This document shows, piece by piece, positions 1 to 9,783 of a stretch of DNA of 64,000 nt (its first letter is position 1; every line of letters starts with the position of its first letter). The stretch is taken from IMG/VR virus record IMGVR_UViG_3300032030_000013. One strand, 5' to 3'. Both the position numbers and the translations under genes were made by a program. The notes under the pieces are model-generated. The model saw only the letters and a list, made by a program, of their open reading frames with translations. It made no database searches and had not been told where the DNA came from. The DNA is from a virus (lineage: Duplodnaviria; Heunggongvirae; Uroviricota; Caudoviricetes).

Positions 1-223
1 TTGGATATGTATGCTTTAACTTATACCATCCCCAGTATCCTTTGATTATAAATTTGAATTCCTTAATACGACGTCTGAAATTAATCCAAAACCACTCCCA
101 TTTTGTATGTTCAGTATGTTTCTGTTTATAATAATTGAATTTAATACTAGTAGAATATACGTAAATTTTCCATGCAAGATATAAGATTGAAAACACAATC
201 ATTAAAATTAAATGCCAACTCAT
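1..223 (-). CDS. Hypothetical protein with N-terminal TM segment (partial, runs off window)
   Basis: Hand-translated from ATG at 223: MSWHLILMIVFSILYLAWKIYVYSTS...; open to position 1; absent from the ORF track. Confidence 0.6.
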   Translation of the reverse strand, partial: MSWHLILMIVFSILYLAWKIYVYSTSIKFNYYKQKHTEHTKWEWFWINFRRRIKEFKFIIKGYWGWYKLKHTYP

Positions 224-233
224 ATTCTAAAAA

Positions 234-440
234 TTATTTATTAAACTTAAATTCTCTACCACAGAATGGACAAAATCTTATTGAACATGAAGCAGACCCT
301 TCATCAGAAGCTTCAATACCACCATACACAAGATATAATCCAGTGTTAAACTCTTGAAAATCTGCAATATCTATACGCTTTGTTTTATTCTTACGAAGTT
401 CATTACAAATACAATTCTTTTTAAAATCCTTCATATTCAA
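234..440 (-). CDS. Small hypothetical protein with Zn-ribbon-like motif
   Basis: CxC near the N-terminus and FCPFCG near the C-terminus. Confidence 0.6.
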   Translation of the reverse strand: MNMKDFKKNCICNELRKNKTKRIDIADFQEFNTGLYLVYGGIEASDEGSASCSIRFCPFCGREFKFNK

Positions 441-454
441 ATTTATTTGTTAAT

Positions 455-484
455 ATAATATAGTAAAATATAGAAATATTTCAA
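455..484 (-). promoter_or_regulatory. Putative phage promoter
   Basis: TTGAAA-N16-TATATATT upstream of ORF 234..440. Confidence 0.45.
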
Positions 485-538
485 ATAAATTTAAATACTA
501 TTTATAAATTTAATTATGAAAATTCAATGTTATAAATA

Positions 539-566
539 TTGACAAATAAAAAAAATTTACTATTTT
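539..566 (+). promoter_or_regulatory. Putative promoter for gp47/gp46
   Basis: TTGACA-N16-TATTTT with C before the -10 box, matching the recurring motif. Confidence 0.55.
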
Positions 567-612
567 TATATAAATAACGCCTACTAAATATATGTCATAT
601 TAGGCGAAATAG

Positions 613-1635
613 ATGAGAGACTTGATAATAGGAGACTTACACTTCGGTATCAAAAGTAATTCGGTAACGTGGCTTGAGTCTCAATTGGAATTTTTTGATA
701 AACAAATTTTTAAAACTATTGAAGAAAAAGAAGTAAAACGTGTAATCTTTTTAGGGGATGTCAGTGATATACGTTATTCAATTAATCAACAAGTAGGTAT
801 TGAACTGCAAAAGAAATTTAGGGAAATGGTAAATAAGTTTCCTGATATAATGTTTTATATTGTTGCAGGAAACCATGATTATTATTCACCTCTTGAAGAA
901 TTTGCTCAATATAATGTATATGAAATGATATTTTCAGAAGAATTCTTACAGATACATAAAAATTTAGTAATAGTCAATAATGATCCATTATTGACAGATG
1001 ATGGATGCTTAATGCTTCCATGGTATTGGACTGAAAACCCAGATCATATTGATGAGCTTCTTTATAATTACGATTTTAGTAATGACATTAAAGCAATATT
1101 CTGTCATACTGATTTAACAACATGGCCTGGTGCTCGTATAGCTTCTTTTAAGAATACACCTATATATTCAGGCCATATTCATTTTATAGTTGAAGATCAA
1201 TTATGTAACCTTCATAATATTGGAGCAGCATTACCTTTGACTTTTAATGATGTTAATCAGGATAGATATATTTATTTATTAGATAATTATGAAATCGTTG
1301 AAAAAATTAAGAATATTACAACTCCACAATTTAGGAGAGCATATAATGAACAGATTTTTGATTTAGGAGATGATTATTTTGAAAATTCATATGTTCAGTT
1401 ATGCATATCTACAACCAATGTAAATAAAGCAAAATATGTAGAACAACTTAGTTATCTGAAATCAACATATATTAATTCTACAATTCGTATTCATATTATT
1501 GATGATAATACAAACTTAGAAACATTAAATGTTGATGGATTCAATACTAATCTTGAAAGTTATATTGAACAGAATATACCTGAGCATTTAGGAGATAAAT
1601 ATGAATTAATAAAAAAGAAGATTAAAGAACAATGA
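613..1635 (+). CDS. sbcD: Recombination nuclease subunit (T4 gp47/SbcD/Mre11-like metallophosphoesterase)
   Basis: GDLHFG, FLGD, AGNHD and SGHIH motifs; coupled to an SMC-like ATPase. Confidence 0.9.
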   Translation: MRDLIIGDLHFGIKSNSVTWLESQLEFFDKQIFKTIEEKEVKRVIFLGDVSDIRYSINQQVGIELQKKFREMVNKFPDIMFYIVAGNHDYYSPLEEFAQYNVYEMIFSEEFLQIHKNLVIVNNDPLLTDDGCLMLPWYWTENPDHIDELLYNYDFSNDIKAIFCHTDLTTWPGARIASFKNTPIYSGHIHFIVEDQLCNLHNIGAALPLTFNDVNQDRYIYLLDNYEIVEKIKNITTPQFRRAYNEQIFDLGDDYFENSYVQLCISTTNVNKAKYVEQLSYLKSTYINSTIRIHIIDDNTNLETLNVDGFNTNLESYIEQNIPEHLGDKYELIKKKIKEQ

Positions 1636-3335
1636 TAATACATAATGTTAAGATTATAAATTTTAAAAGTCTTTATGGATCACATGAATTTGACTTTGAT
1701 AAAATGAAAGGATTGGTCAAATTATCTGGTCCTATAGGCGCAGGTAAGACATCAATTGGAGAAGCATTAATTTGGGGATTATATGGAAATGTAAAAGGTC
1801 AGACAAATCCAGGATTGGTTGCATGGAACTGTAAAGCATGTGAAGTAGAATTAAACATAACATCAAAGGATAAAGAAATACATATTATTCGTAATATAAG
1901 AGAGCCATTGATTGTTGAGGTCAACGGTAAGACTTTAAATGCTTCTAACAAAAAAGATACACAAGCAATATTGGAAGATGAACTTTATGATATTCCAAAG
2001 CTTGCTGTAACTAAAATGTGTATTATATCATTTAATGCATTTAATAGTCTTGCATCAATGAATGTTGGAGAAACAAAACAATTCCTTGATGATATCTTTG
2101 GTTTTAAGTTATTTACAGATTATAATAATGAAGTAATAATTGAACGTAAGACTGAACAGAATGAATCTATTCGTCTTCAATCTGTATATGATGAAAATTT
2201 AGAACAGATAGAGCATTTAAAAGAAAAACAAGCAACACAGACTATTCAATTACAAGAATCACTAAATGTTAATGAATTAAAAAAGAATAGGGAAGAATTA
2301 GTTAACAAAGGCATTGAAACAAAAAATCATAAAGCAGATCTTAAGAAAGAACGTGAACAGAAAGATGTAGAATATGATTTAAAGATTAAAGAATTTCAGA
2401 ATAAGATGACTGAAGCTGCTACATTAGGTAAGCAAGCTAAGAATCATTATAATACGTTTAAGTCAGGAATATGTCCTACCTGTGGTCAGCCTATAGATCA
2501 AAATCATATTGATGAATATAAAAACAAAATGGAAGAATATGCAAAGATCTATAGAGAAAATGAAGCAGAAAAGAAAAAATTAGAAGAAGAAAAACAAAAT
2601 GTTCATGATTCATATCACAATCCTATGATTAAATGTGATGAAGAAATGGATATTCTTCGTAAAAAGATATCTGCTATAGATGCTGAATTGAAATCTTATA
2701 ATGATTCTGTACAGTTATTAAATGATAATTATGAAGAACTTATTAAAGAACTTGAAAATAAATCTAAAGCTTTAAAAGAACAGATTAATAAGTGTGATTT
2801 AGAAATAGCCGAATGGAATGAAATGAATGAATTATTTTCTAAGTCATTACGTTATAATCTTCTTGAGACATTAATACCACATATTAATCGTTCAATTCAG
2901 TTCTTTATTAATAAGCTTGAACAAAACTATAAGATTGAATATGATCAAGAATTCAAGGCTCATATTTACGTAGATGGGTGGGATAGAGAAATTGCTTATA
3001 ATAATTTATCAACAGGACAACGTAAGTCATTAGATCTTGCAATCATATTTGGTGTTCTTCAAAATATTATTGCTAATGTTGATCTTAATATATTGTTCTT
3101 GGACGAATTATTTAGTAACATGGATGTTAATGCAAGAAATATTATGATATCTCTTCTTAAGGAAAATATGGATGATGATAAAACAATATTTATTATTAAT
3201 CATGCTGAAATGGGAGATGATTTATTTAGCCATAAAATAAGAGTTCATCTTGAAAAGAAAAAGATTGTATCTGCATCTGAAAAGAAGGGAGAAGACGTTA
3301 TTGTACAAGCATCTAAATATGAACAGATATTTTAA
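1632..3335 (+). CDS. sbcC: Recombination ATPase subunit (T4 gp46/SbcC/Rad50-like)
   Basis: Walker A GPIGAGKT, coiled coil with CPTC Zn hook, LSTGQ signature, Walker B LFLDE. Confidence 0.92.
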   Translation: MIIHNVKIINFKSLYGSHEFDFDKMKGLVKLSGPIGAGKTSIGEALIWGLYGNVKGQTNPGLVAWNCKACEVELNITSKDKEIHIIRNIREPLIVEVNGKTLNASNKKDTQAILEDELYDIPKLAVTKMCIISFNAFNSLASMNVGETKQFLDDIFGFKLFTDYNNEVIIERKTEQNESIRLQSVYDENLEQIEHLKEKQATQTIQLQESLNVNELKKNREELVNKGIETKNHKADLKKEREQKDVEYDLKIKEFQNKMTEAATLGKQAKNHYNTFKSGICPTCGQPIDQNHIDEYKNKMEEYAKIYRENEAEKKKLEEEKQNVHDSYHNPMIKCDEEMDILRKKISAIDAELKSYNDSVQLLNDNYEELIKELENKSKALKEQINKCDLEIAEWNEMNELFSKSLRYNLLETLIPHINRSIQFFINKLEQNYKIEYDQEFKAHIYVDGWDREIAYNNLSTGQRKSLDLAIIFGVLQNIIANVDLNILFLDELFSNMDVNARNIMISLLKENMDDDKTIFIINHAEMGDDLFSHKIRVHLEKKKIVSASEKKGEDVIVQASKYEQIF

Positions 3336-3340
3336 ACAAC

Positions 3341-3366
3341 AATGCCAGTACATATGTACTGTCATT
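3341..3366. terminator. Palindromic terminator between convergent genes
   Basis: AATGCCAGTACATATGTACTGTCATT, a 26-bp palindrome with 1 mismatch. Confidence 0.6.
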
Positions 3367-3405
3367 TTAATTAAAATTCAAAACTATGGCATTTGTTAAG
3401 TATAT

Positions 3406-3885
3406 TTAGTTTTTCTTAGCTTTTCTATATTTAATCAACCATTTACGATAATCTTTTTTATTAAAGATACCTACATGTTCACGTTTAGAAAGTTCATTTT
3501 TAATATCCTGAATTCTACCTTCCCAATATAATCCTTCAAATCTAAAATTTATTTTATCTCCAAATTGCCATTCATTATATCCATAATAATAGCCATCGTC
3601 ATCCCAGTGAGCATCCTGTTTGCTTGTAACAGTTGTGAACTTTTTATGACATTCTTCTCCAGTTGATTTTGTATAACCTAAACATACTGGATTATAAATT
3701 ACTCCATCCTTTTCAAATGACCCATAGAATGGAATCCAAAATTCATTCTTTTTAGTATTCCAATTATAAATTTCTTTATACATCCTATGGTCAGTACGAC
3801 ATAATCTATTCTTACGATAAAAATGTAATATTACCTCTGTAGGAAATTTTGAAAGCGGCGTTATGTTTTGTTTATTCTGTTTCAT
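3406..3885 (-). CDS. Hypothetical protein
   Basis: 159-aa ORF downstream of the promoter motif. Confidence 0.6.
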   Translation of the reverse strand: MKQNKQNITPLSKFPTEVILHFYRKNRLCRTDHRMYKEIYNWNTKKNEFWIPFYGSFEKDGVIYNPVCLGYTKSTGEECHKKFTTVTSKQDAHWDDDGYYYGYNEWQFGDKINFRFEGLYWEGRIQDIKNELSKREHVGIFNKKDYRKWLIKYRKAKKN

Positions 3886-3910
3886 ATATTTTATTTATTT
3901 GATTTATATC

Positions 3911-3939
3911 AATATAGAATACTTATAGATAAAATTCAA
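3911..3939 (-). promoter_or_regulatory. Putative phage promoter
   Basis: TTGAAT-N17-TATATT. Confidence 0.6.
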
Positions 3940-3983
3940 ATAATATTTAAATTTAATTTTTAGTAAACGCATTTTAATAATTT

Positions 3984-4343
3984 TTAAAATTCATATTGAC
4001 GAAACAGTCTTAAATCTCCATTGAAACGTTGTTTTTCTTTAATATTTCTATATTTATAATATGGAATAGCTTCATCAAATGTTTTCCAGTCTTCATTTAC
4101 TTCATTTTTATATAATGATCTACGTTTATATATGACATGATATTCAGTTTCACCACCACTTAAAAATCGTGGAGCAATCTTATCATATTTTTCAATAACT
4201 TCGAATTCATAAGACGTATTCATATTCTGCTCAGAAATATCTTTTGTACACATGCCAATAAAAAATATAATAAATCCACAAATAATAATTGAAACTAATA
4301 TACCAATAATTTGAGCAATCTTATCTTCTGTCTTTTTATTCAT
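3984..4343 (-). CDS. Membrane-anchored hypothetical protein
   Basis: TM segment IIGILVSIIICGFIIFFIGM followed by a beta-rich soluble part. Confidence 0.6.
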   Translation of the reverse strand: MNKKTEDKIAQIIGILVSIIICGFIIFFIGMCTKDISEQNMNTSYEFEVIEKYDKIAPRFLSGGETEYHVIYKRRSLYKNEVNEDWKTFDEAIPYYKYRNIKEKQRFNGDLRLFRQYEF

Positions 4344-4348
4344 AATTA

Positions 4349-5134
4349 TTAATCTTTAACTTGTTCAACTACATAATGCTTAAAGAACAACTCCTGAAAA
4401 GTAAGAGGGCTAATTACTTTATCAAATTTATCATTAATGTAAACATGTACCCAGTTTGTATTTGTTCCAATTCCCTTTAAACATGGTTTCTGTTTACTGT
4501 CAATAACTGGAAGAACACCCTGGATAATATCACCAACCTTTGCTGATGTCTTTTCAGTTTCTTTAATGATCTTTATAATCTTGAATTTTGGAGTCTTAAA
4601 TTCAAATGAAGGAATTTTTGATTTAATACTATTCTGTTTTTCCTTTTCATTTAAAACTTTTTCTCGTGACTTCTTAGACTTTTCATTTTTATCATTCTCA
4701 TATTCTTCACGAGTTATAAAGATCTTAATATTACGTTTTGGTAGTTTACACTTTGAATACCAATCATTATCATACAAATCAAATGAAGAAGTCAGGCAAT
4801 AGTATTCTTTATCATCTTTATTTGTTTTAATATTAATATATGTTAGAATATCTCCAAAGTTCTTTGTACGAATAAGAATAGCACCTTTATATCGGTCACT
4901 ACTATTAATTTCAGAAGGCCAAATAATCTTATCAATAATTTCTTCAAATTTCTCTTTGGAAATAACTTTATATGTATGAGTCATCCATGAACCTATTTCA
5001 ATTGTTGAAATACGAAGATCATCAATATTAACAATATAAGATTCTGGAATATTATGTGTAACTTCAGGAACATCTAATATCTTTTTATCCCAAGAATACT
5101 CTCCTTTAATTTCAGTAATAATTTTGTAAAACAT
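4349..5134 (-). CDS. Hypothetical protein
   Basis: 261-aa ORF tightly packed in the minus-strand operon. Confidence 0.6.
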   Translation of the reverse strand: MFYKIITEIKGEYSWDKKILDVPEVTHNIPESYIVNIDDLRISTIEIGSWMTHTYKVISKEKFEEIIDKIIWPSEINSSDRYKGAILIRTKNFGDILTYINIKTNKDDKEYYCLTSSFDLYDNDWYSKCKLPKRNIKIFITREEYENDKNEKSKKSREKVLNEKEKQNSIKSKIPSFEFKTPKFKIIKIIKETEKTSAKVGDIIQGVLPVIDSKQKPCLKGIGTNTNWVHVYINDKFDKVISPLTFQELFFKHYVVEQVKD

Positions 5135-5137
5135 AAT

Positions 5138-5380
5138 TTAAATATTTTTTGATTCAAATAATTCTACACCATCATAATCTTGTACGAATTCATCATAAGA
5201 AATAGTTTCAATATCATAGCATTCCCAAATGCCTTCCCCATTATCACCCCATCTTTCAATTTCAATAGTATTACTTTTACCATGATAATATGAATTGCCA
5301 TACTCATCCATAAGATGATGAGTAAAACGGTTAGTCATTAAATATAAAAGGGCATCTTGTGAATTTATAAAACTTTTCAT
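5138..5380 (-). CDS. Hypothetical protein
   Basis: 80-aa ORF in operon. Confidence 0.55.
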   Translation of the reverse strand: MKSFINSQDALLYLMTNRFTHHLMDEYGNSYYHGKSNTIEIERWGDNGEGIWECYDIETISYDEFVQDYDGVELFESKNI

Positions 5381-5382
5381 AA

Positions 5383-5631
5383 TTATTTCTTTTTAATTAT
5401 TGCTAAAAATACATTCTTATCAGATATATTATAGTTTCTACGAAGTTCTATACCATTTTCTTTATACTTAACACTTGGCACAATGTTATATAGAAGTTCT
5501 CCTTTTTTATTTCTTCCGAACTTAACAAGAGTTCCAAAAAGAATCTGTCCAGCACATCTAAAGAAAACTGGAGAACCTAATTGAAGTTCATGACCAAAGC
5601 TATCGTAATATGTATCAAATAAAGTACTCAT
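5383..5631 (-). CDS. Hypothetical protein (start revised to ATG 5631, MSTLFDTY...)
   Basis: The longer track start overlaps an upstream small ORF; ATG 5631 directly follows that ORF's stop. Confidence 0.5.
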   Translation of the reverse strand: MSTLFDTYYDSFGHELQLGSPVFFRCAGQILFGTLVKFGRNKKGELLYNIVPSVKYKENGIELRRNYNISDKNVFLAIIKKK

Positions 5632-5632
5632 A

Positions 5633-5764
5633 TTAGCAATTCTTCCAAGTATATGTGAAAAACTCTTTCCATGTTGATGGATTCTTCTTTCCGCAATCAA
5701 AATCCATTTTCATCCACATTAAACCAATAAATCCAAAAATGATTCCAATTACTACGTTTGTCAT
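5633..5764 (-). CDS. Small membrane peptide (43 aa)
   Basis: Hand-translated MTNVVIGIIFGFIGLMWMKMDFDCGKKNP...; first gene after the promoter motif. Confidence 0.5.
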   Translation of the reverse strand: MTNVVIGIIFGFIGLMWMKMDFDCGKKNPSTWKEFFTYTWKNC

Positions 5765-5793
5765 AATTTAATTAATTTTTTAATTATATTAAT

Positions 5794-5821
5794 AAAATAG
5801 AATAATATTTTAAAAATTCAA
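5794..5821 (-). promoter_or_regulatory. Putative phage promoter
   Basis: TTGAAT-N16-TATTTT. Confidence 0.6.
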
Positions 5822-5851
5822 ATAATATATAAATTAAGTATATAAAAAATA

Positions 5852-5877
5852 AAAGGAACCAAATATTTGGTTCCTTT
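5852..5877 (-). terminator. Terminator, perfect 26-bp palindrome
   Basis: AAAGGAACCAAATATTTGGTTCCTTT just after the stop of 5884. Confidence 0.65.
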
Positions 5878-5883
5878 GTTATT

Positions 5884-6198
5884 TTAAAATTTCGGTATAC
5901 TTACCTTAGGCATTTGCATATTATTCTGCATTCCTCTCATCATTGAAGATGGGTTATAATCATGCTTCATTTTATTTTGTTCTGCCTCTTGTTGTTTTCG
6001 TTGATCTTCTTGCTCCTTTTGAATAATCTTTATTTCTTCCAAAATGATTTCATATTCATAATAAGGCATTCGAAGAATCTCAGAAGGCTGTAAGTTATAT
6101 TCTTTACAAATATATAAATTATTTCTTACCGAATTTTCTGTATTGACCCTGTATTTTGAATAGATCCCTAATTGAATTTGGAAATCGGATAGGTGATG
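5884..6198 (-). CDS. Tail/baseplate assembly chaperone partner; frame open 43 codons upstream of the first ATG (6069) and overlapping the upstream gene
   Basis: Extension reads ...YRVNTENSVRNNLYICKEYNLQPSEILR-MPYYEYEIILEEI; resembles the small helical protein that follows hub genes in T4-like phages. Confidence 0.55.
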   Translation of the reverse strand, partial: HHLSDFQIQLGIYSKYRVNTENSVRNNLYICKEYNLQPSEILRMPYYEYEIILEEIKIIQKEQEDQRKQQEAEQNKMKHDYNPSSMMRGMQNNMQMPKVSIPKF

Positions 6199-7213
6199 TT
6201 ACCTCCTCTCCACAAACAGGACATTGTATCGTCAATTTATTAGATGGTGTAACAATAATGTTACGAATTACATCATCCATAAATGAGAACATATTTGTAT
6301 CCCATGACTTATACTTCATTTCAATTTCACGAATTTGACGTTTAGCAATTGTTTCATCCTTAGAAATCTTTGGAGCTAACCAGTTTGCAAACTTCAAGAA
6401 TGTTTGATCAATCTTCTTATTACGATTTTCTTGTAATGAACTAATAACCCATTGTTTTATATTTGCATCCTTTTCAATAGTTGGAATATATAATTGAATT
6501 GGTTCATACCCGTCAAGACCGAACTCAGCAGGATCAATATTCCATGTTCTAGTATCACGGTCATAATACTTCATTACTTCTTCATCAGGGAAATCATACA
6601 TTAATGATTGTGATGTCAATTCAAATTCAATTTCATTATCACACTCTGGACAGAAATCTGTATATTTGATTTTCTGTTCACCCTGACGGAATGTGTATTC
6701 TTGAATAAGTAATAAGAAGAAGAATCTATCCCAAGATGATAAATTACCCCAAGATATTAACTTACCATCTTCTGAGTAAATAGAAAGACATGATTTAATA
6801 ATTTCATTAAATACATCATCTACATTATTAACGTTTTCATCATCAATATTTGACCAGTTACGAATTGCTTCAACTGTTGCAGGACGTATTCTAAATTGCC
6901 AATTTTCTGGATAGTAGTATTCACGTTTACCTAATAATATTTTATCAACAGGAATCCACCCCTCTCTTATTTCATTCTTTTCAAAAAGATTTTCTCCAAT
7001 TCTTGAAAGATTCTTTTCTTTAACCATTTGCTTATCACCTTCTTTATCTTCTAATGGATTCTTTGAAGGATCATAACCAATTTTCTTTCCAAGATATTGA
7101 GCAGCTTCTGACTTAGGTTCTTCCTCTTGTTGTTTTTCTTCAACAGGAGTTTCTGGAGCTTCAGGAATTTGATCTTTTAATGCTTGCTCCATTAATTCTT
7201 CATCTGACATCAT
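6119..7213 (-). CDS. Baseplate hub / tail assembly chaperone (T4 gp26/gp51-like)
   Basis: FRIRPATV motif and two Zn-ribbons (CPECDNE, CPVCGEE); resembles T4-like hub subunits from memory. Confidence 0.55.
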   Translation of the reverse strand: MMSDEELMEQALKDQIPEAPETPVEEKQQEEEPKSEAAQYLGKKIGYDPSKNPLEDKEGDKQMVKEKNLSRIGENLFEKNEIREGWIPVDKILLGKREYYYPENWQFRIRPATVEAIRNWSNIDDENVNNVDDVFNEIIKSCLSIYSEDGKLISWGNLSSWDRFFFLLLIQEYTFRQGEQKIKYTDFCPECDNEIEFELTSQSLMYDFPDEEVMKYYDRDTRTWNIDPAEFGLDGYEPIQLYIPTIEKDANIKQWVISSLQENRNKKIDQTFLKFANWLAPKISKDETIAKRQIREIEMKYKSWDTNMFSFMDDVIRNIIVTPSNKLTIQCPVCGEEVTSPIRFPNSIRDLFKIQGQYRKFGKK

Positions 7214-7299
7214 TTATAATATGCTTCTATATATTTTTATTATATTCTTATATATAAATATAAAATCTTTATTTGAATTAAAAGACTTATTAATATTTA

Positions 7300-7329
7300 A
7301 AAATAGAATATTTGCAAAAATATTTTCAA
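7300..7329 (-). promoter_or_regulatory. Putative phage promoter
   Basis: TTGAAA-N18-TATTTT upstream of the hub gene. Confidence 0.4.
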
Positions 7330-7335
7330 ATCATA

Positions 7336-7653
7336 TTATATTTTCTTTGATTTTTTATAATATTTTTTAGGGATTCGTATATTTAAGTCAACCATAACGA
7401 CTTCGCAATTATTAAAACTATTACGTCTAAAATATACGAATCCTAATAATCTTTCATTTATAAGAAATTCATAAATGTAATTATCAGATGGCAATACTCC
7501 AGCTTCATTAGTTGTATTACGAATAAGCATCTTAGGACCCATAACATCCCTCATTCGATACTTATTCGTAAAATATTCTAAATACTTATTATAATAGTCT
7601 TTTATTTCTTCAAGACAGATTACACGAGTATGTCTTATAATTCCTTTTCTCAT
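7336..7653 (-). CDS. Hypothetical protein
   Basis: 105-aa ORF in operon. Confidence 0.55.
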   Translation of the reverse strand: MRKGIIRHTRVICLEEIKDYYNKYLEYFTNKYRMRDVMGPKMLIRNTTNEAGVLPSDNYIYEFLINERLLGFVYFRRNSFNNCEVVMVDLNIRIPKKYYKKSKKI

Positions 7654-8295
7654 TTAACCAAAATGAACATAAAAATTACCATCACCGATTGCTCCATAAT
7701 AATCACGAAGCTTTTGTTCAAGTTTAGGAGTCAACTTATCTTCTTTAACCCAATCTTTTATATCTTCATCATAATAACTTAAAAGATGAGATTTCTTAAC
7801 TTCTTCAATTAAGCTATCAACTGTATTAAATTCTTCTCCATCTGAGTCTCGTTGATTTCTCCACCATTCAAATTTGATGTTTACATAAATTTCATTATTA
7901 CGTTTAATAACATAAAAATCATGATTATGTCCTGCATTATACTTAAGATTTCCTTCTTTAGTATTTTCTAACATTTCTTTAAATGTCATCTTATTATCTA
8001 AAACTAGTTGATAACATTTAATCTTTTTATCACAAATTTCAATTTTTTTCTTTAATTCTTTGGTAAGATATTCTTCAGTCATTTCTTCTGGTGGTACACC
8101 GCATTCATTAACAAAATAATCATATTCTTCATGATGCATATCAAGCCAGTCTTTTAACTCATAATCCCACCCATATTTCTTATAATTACTATAATAAACA
8201 CCACCAGTATATTTAATAGCATCTTCTAATAAACTTTGAATCTGTTTTTTAGATAAATGCTCTGGTTTAATAAATGTCCATGTCCAAGTACTCAT
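7654..8295 (-). CDS. Hypothetical protein
   Basis: 213-aa ORF in operon. Confidence 0.65.
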   Translation of the reverse strand: MSTWTWTFIKPEHLSKKQIQSLLEDAIKYTGGVYYSNYKKYGWDYELKDWLDMHHEEYDYFVNECGVPPEEMTEEYLTKELKKKIEICDKKIKCYQLVLDNKMTFKEMLENTKEGNLKYNAGHNHDFYVIKRNNEIYVNIKFEWWRNQRDSDGEEFNTVDSLIEEVKKSHLLSYYDEDIKDWVKEDKLTPKLEQKLRDYYGAIGDGNFYVHFG

Positions 8296-8324
8296 TTTAC
8301 TTATATATTTAATTTATATATTAT

Positions 8325-8816
8325 TTAAATTTTATCTTCCAATATAGCCCCTTTATATACTCTAATTCTTTTTTCATCAGGTCTATTATTAATTATTTTA
8401 ATAGACGCCCATTTCGGAATGTATATTACTTTAATATGTTTCTTATGCTTATAAAGAATAGATATTGGCAACCAAAATTGTTTTCCTTTCATTTGCCAAT
8501 TATATATATTGATCCATTCTTCACTAAATTCAAATAATACAGCTTTTTCTGTTATCTTTTTAATAAATACAGTTTGATTCAATGTGCTCCTTTGCACAAT
8601 ATCTTTTCGCATTAGCCATTCATCTCCAATTTTAAATTGTTCAATTGGAAACTTAATATAATCAAAATTTTGTTCAAGAGGAAATGATGATTCTTTTTTA
8701 TTTGAAGTATAAATAGTTTGTCCATCAACCAAAGTATCTTCTGGGTCTGGATTATCTATATCATTAAAATGATCATCAATTAATCTTTCATTAACAAAAT
8801 CTGCATAATCTCCCAT
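8325..8816 (-). CDS. Hypothetical protein
   Basis: 163-aa ORF; TEKAVLF..FWLPIS beta motif seen in small phage proteins. Confidence 0.6.
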   Translation of the reverse strand: MGDYADFVNERLIDDHFNDIDNPDPEDTLVDGQTIYTSNKKESSFPLEQNFDYIKFPIEQFKIGDEWLMRKDIVQRSTLNQTVFIKKITEKAVLFEFSEEWINIYNWQMKGKQFWLPISILYKHKKHIKVIYIPKWASIKIINNRPDEKRIRVYKGAILEDKI

Positions 8817-8818
8817 AT

Positions 8819-9184
8819 TTAATAAATGTAATCTTCAAATTCTTTTAATGATAAAGTTACTTCATTATCTGTTTTATATTCTCCAGATTCATTCATAATT
8901 GTTGTATACGTTATGATAATGAATTTAGGATCTTTATAACTGTCAAATTTCCAATCAAACCCCAATAACTCATCATCAGGTATAATCTGACAATATGCTT
9001 TATTAATATATGCTTTAGAACCTTGCTCATGAAATTTTTCCATGTCAAGAATTCCTATATTATCTCTAATCCATCTATATGCAGCCATATTCATAATATC
9101 ATTAAGTAAATGACCACGTTTCATGATATCAATATATTCATTCATAATATCATGTGACATATCTATACTATTCATATCCATCAA
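8819..9184 (-). CDS. Hypothetical protein (probable paralogue of 9470..9778)
   Basis: Shared C-terminal W..I.ITY....N..G(D/E)....YI pattern. Confidence 0.55.
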   Translation of the reverse strand: MMDMNSIDMSHDIMNEYIDIMKRGHLLNDIMNMAAYRWIRDNIGILDMEKFHEQGSKAYINKAYCQIIPDDELLGFDWKFDSYKDPKFIIITYTTIMNESGEYKTDNEVTLSLKEFEDYIY

Positions 9185-9458
9185 GTTTAATTAAAAGATT
9201 TTTCCATTCAAAAGTTTTTGTGTATTCTTTTTCTTCACCAGTATTAACATCTTTGCCAATATAATACGTTGTTATTGAAGATGGCGGACACATTCTAATA
9301 TCTATTTCCCATTTTAGAAATTTAATGAATTCTATTTCAAATATACGTTGAAGTGAATCTTTACAATGTAAGAAATAAATATTGCACAGATCATTTATAA
9401 TATCTGTTAAATTTTCGTTTTCCTTTACATTATTGATGTATTTTTCAAATACGTTCAT
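9168..9458 (-). CDS. Hypothetical protein
   Basis: 96-aa ORF, coupled to neighbours. Confidence 0.55.
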   Translation of the reverse strand: MNVFEKYINNVKENENLTDIINDLCNIYFLHCKDSLQRIFEIEFIKFLKWEIDIRMCPPSSITTYYIGKDVNTGEEKEYTKTFEWKNLLIKLDGYE

Positions 9459-9469
9459 ATTATGTTTAT

Positions 9470-9778
9470 TTATACATTAATATATTTATCAATAACAGAG
9501 AAATCTACATTAGTTTCTTTTTCATCACTAAAATCTCCCCACTTATTTCTAAATACACAATAAGTAATAGTAATAAGATCCATTTCTCTATTCCAATACC
9601 AACCAATTTCTTCAGCAACAACTTTGCCGACGCGAGAATCTAAAGCAGCACTTTCACTGCTTCCAATCCCGATAACATCTTTAAGATAGTTATAAACTCC
9701 CTTATTAATGTATTCTCTTAAATTATTTACATGACATTGTAGATTATTAATCTCTACTAAAATTTCTTTTGTATTCAT
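9470..9778 (-). CDS. Hypothetical protein
   Basis: 102-aa ORF. Confidence 0.55.
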   Translation of the reverse strand: MNTKEILVEINNLQCHVNNLREYINKGVYNYLKDVIGIGSSESAALDSRVGKVVAEEIGWYWNREMDLITITYCVFRNKWGDFSDEKETNVDFSVIDKYINV

Positions 9779-9783
9779 ATTGT

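Noticed and set aside
5632-5700. Track start at 5700 for ORF 5383
   Set aside because: It overlaps a better 43-aa membrane ORF (5633-5764); ATG 5631 fits operon packing.
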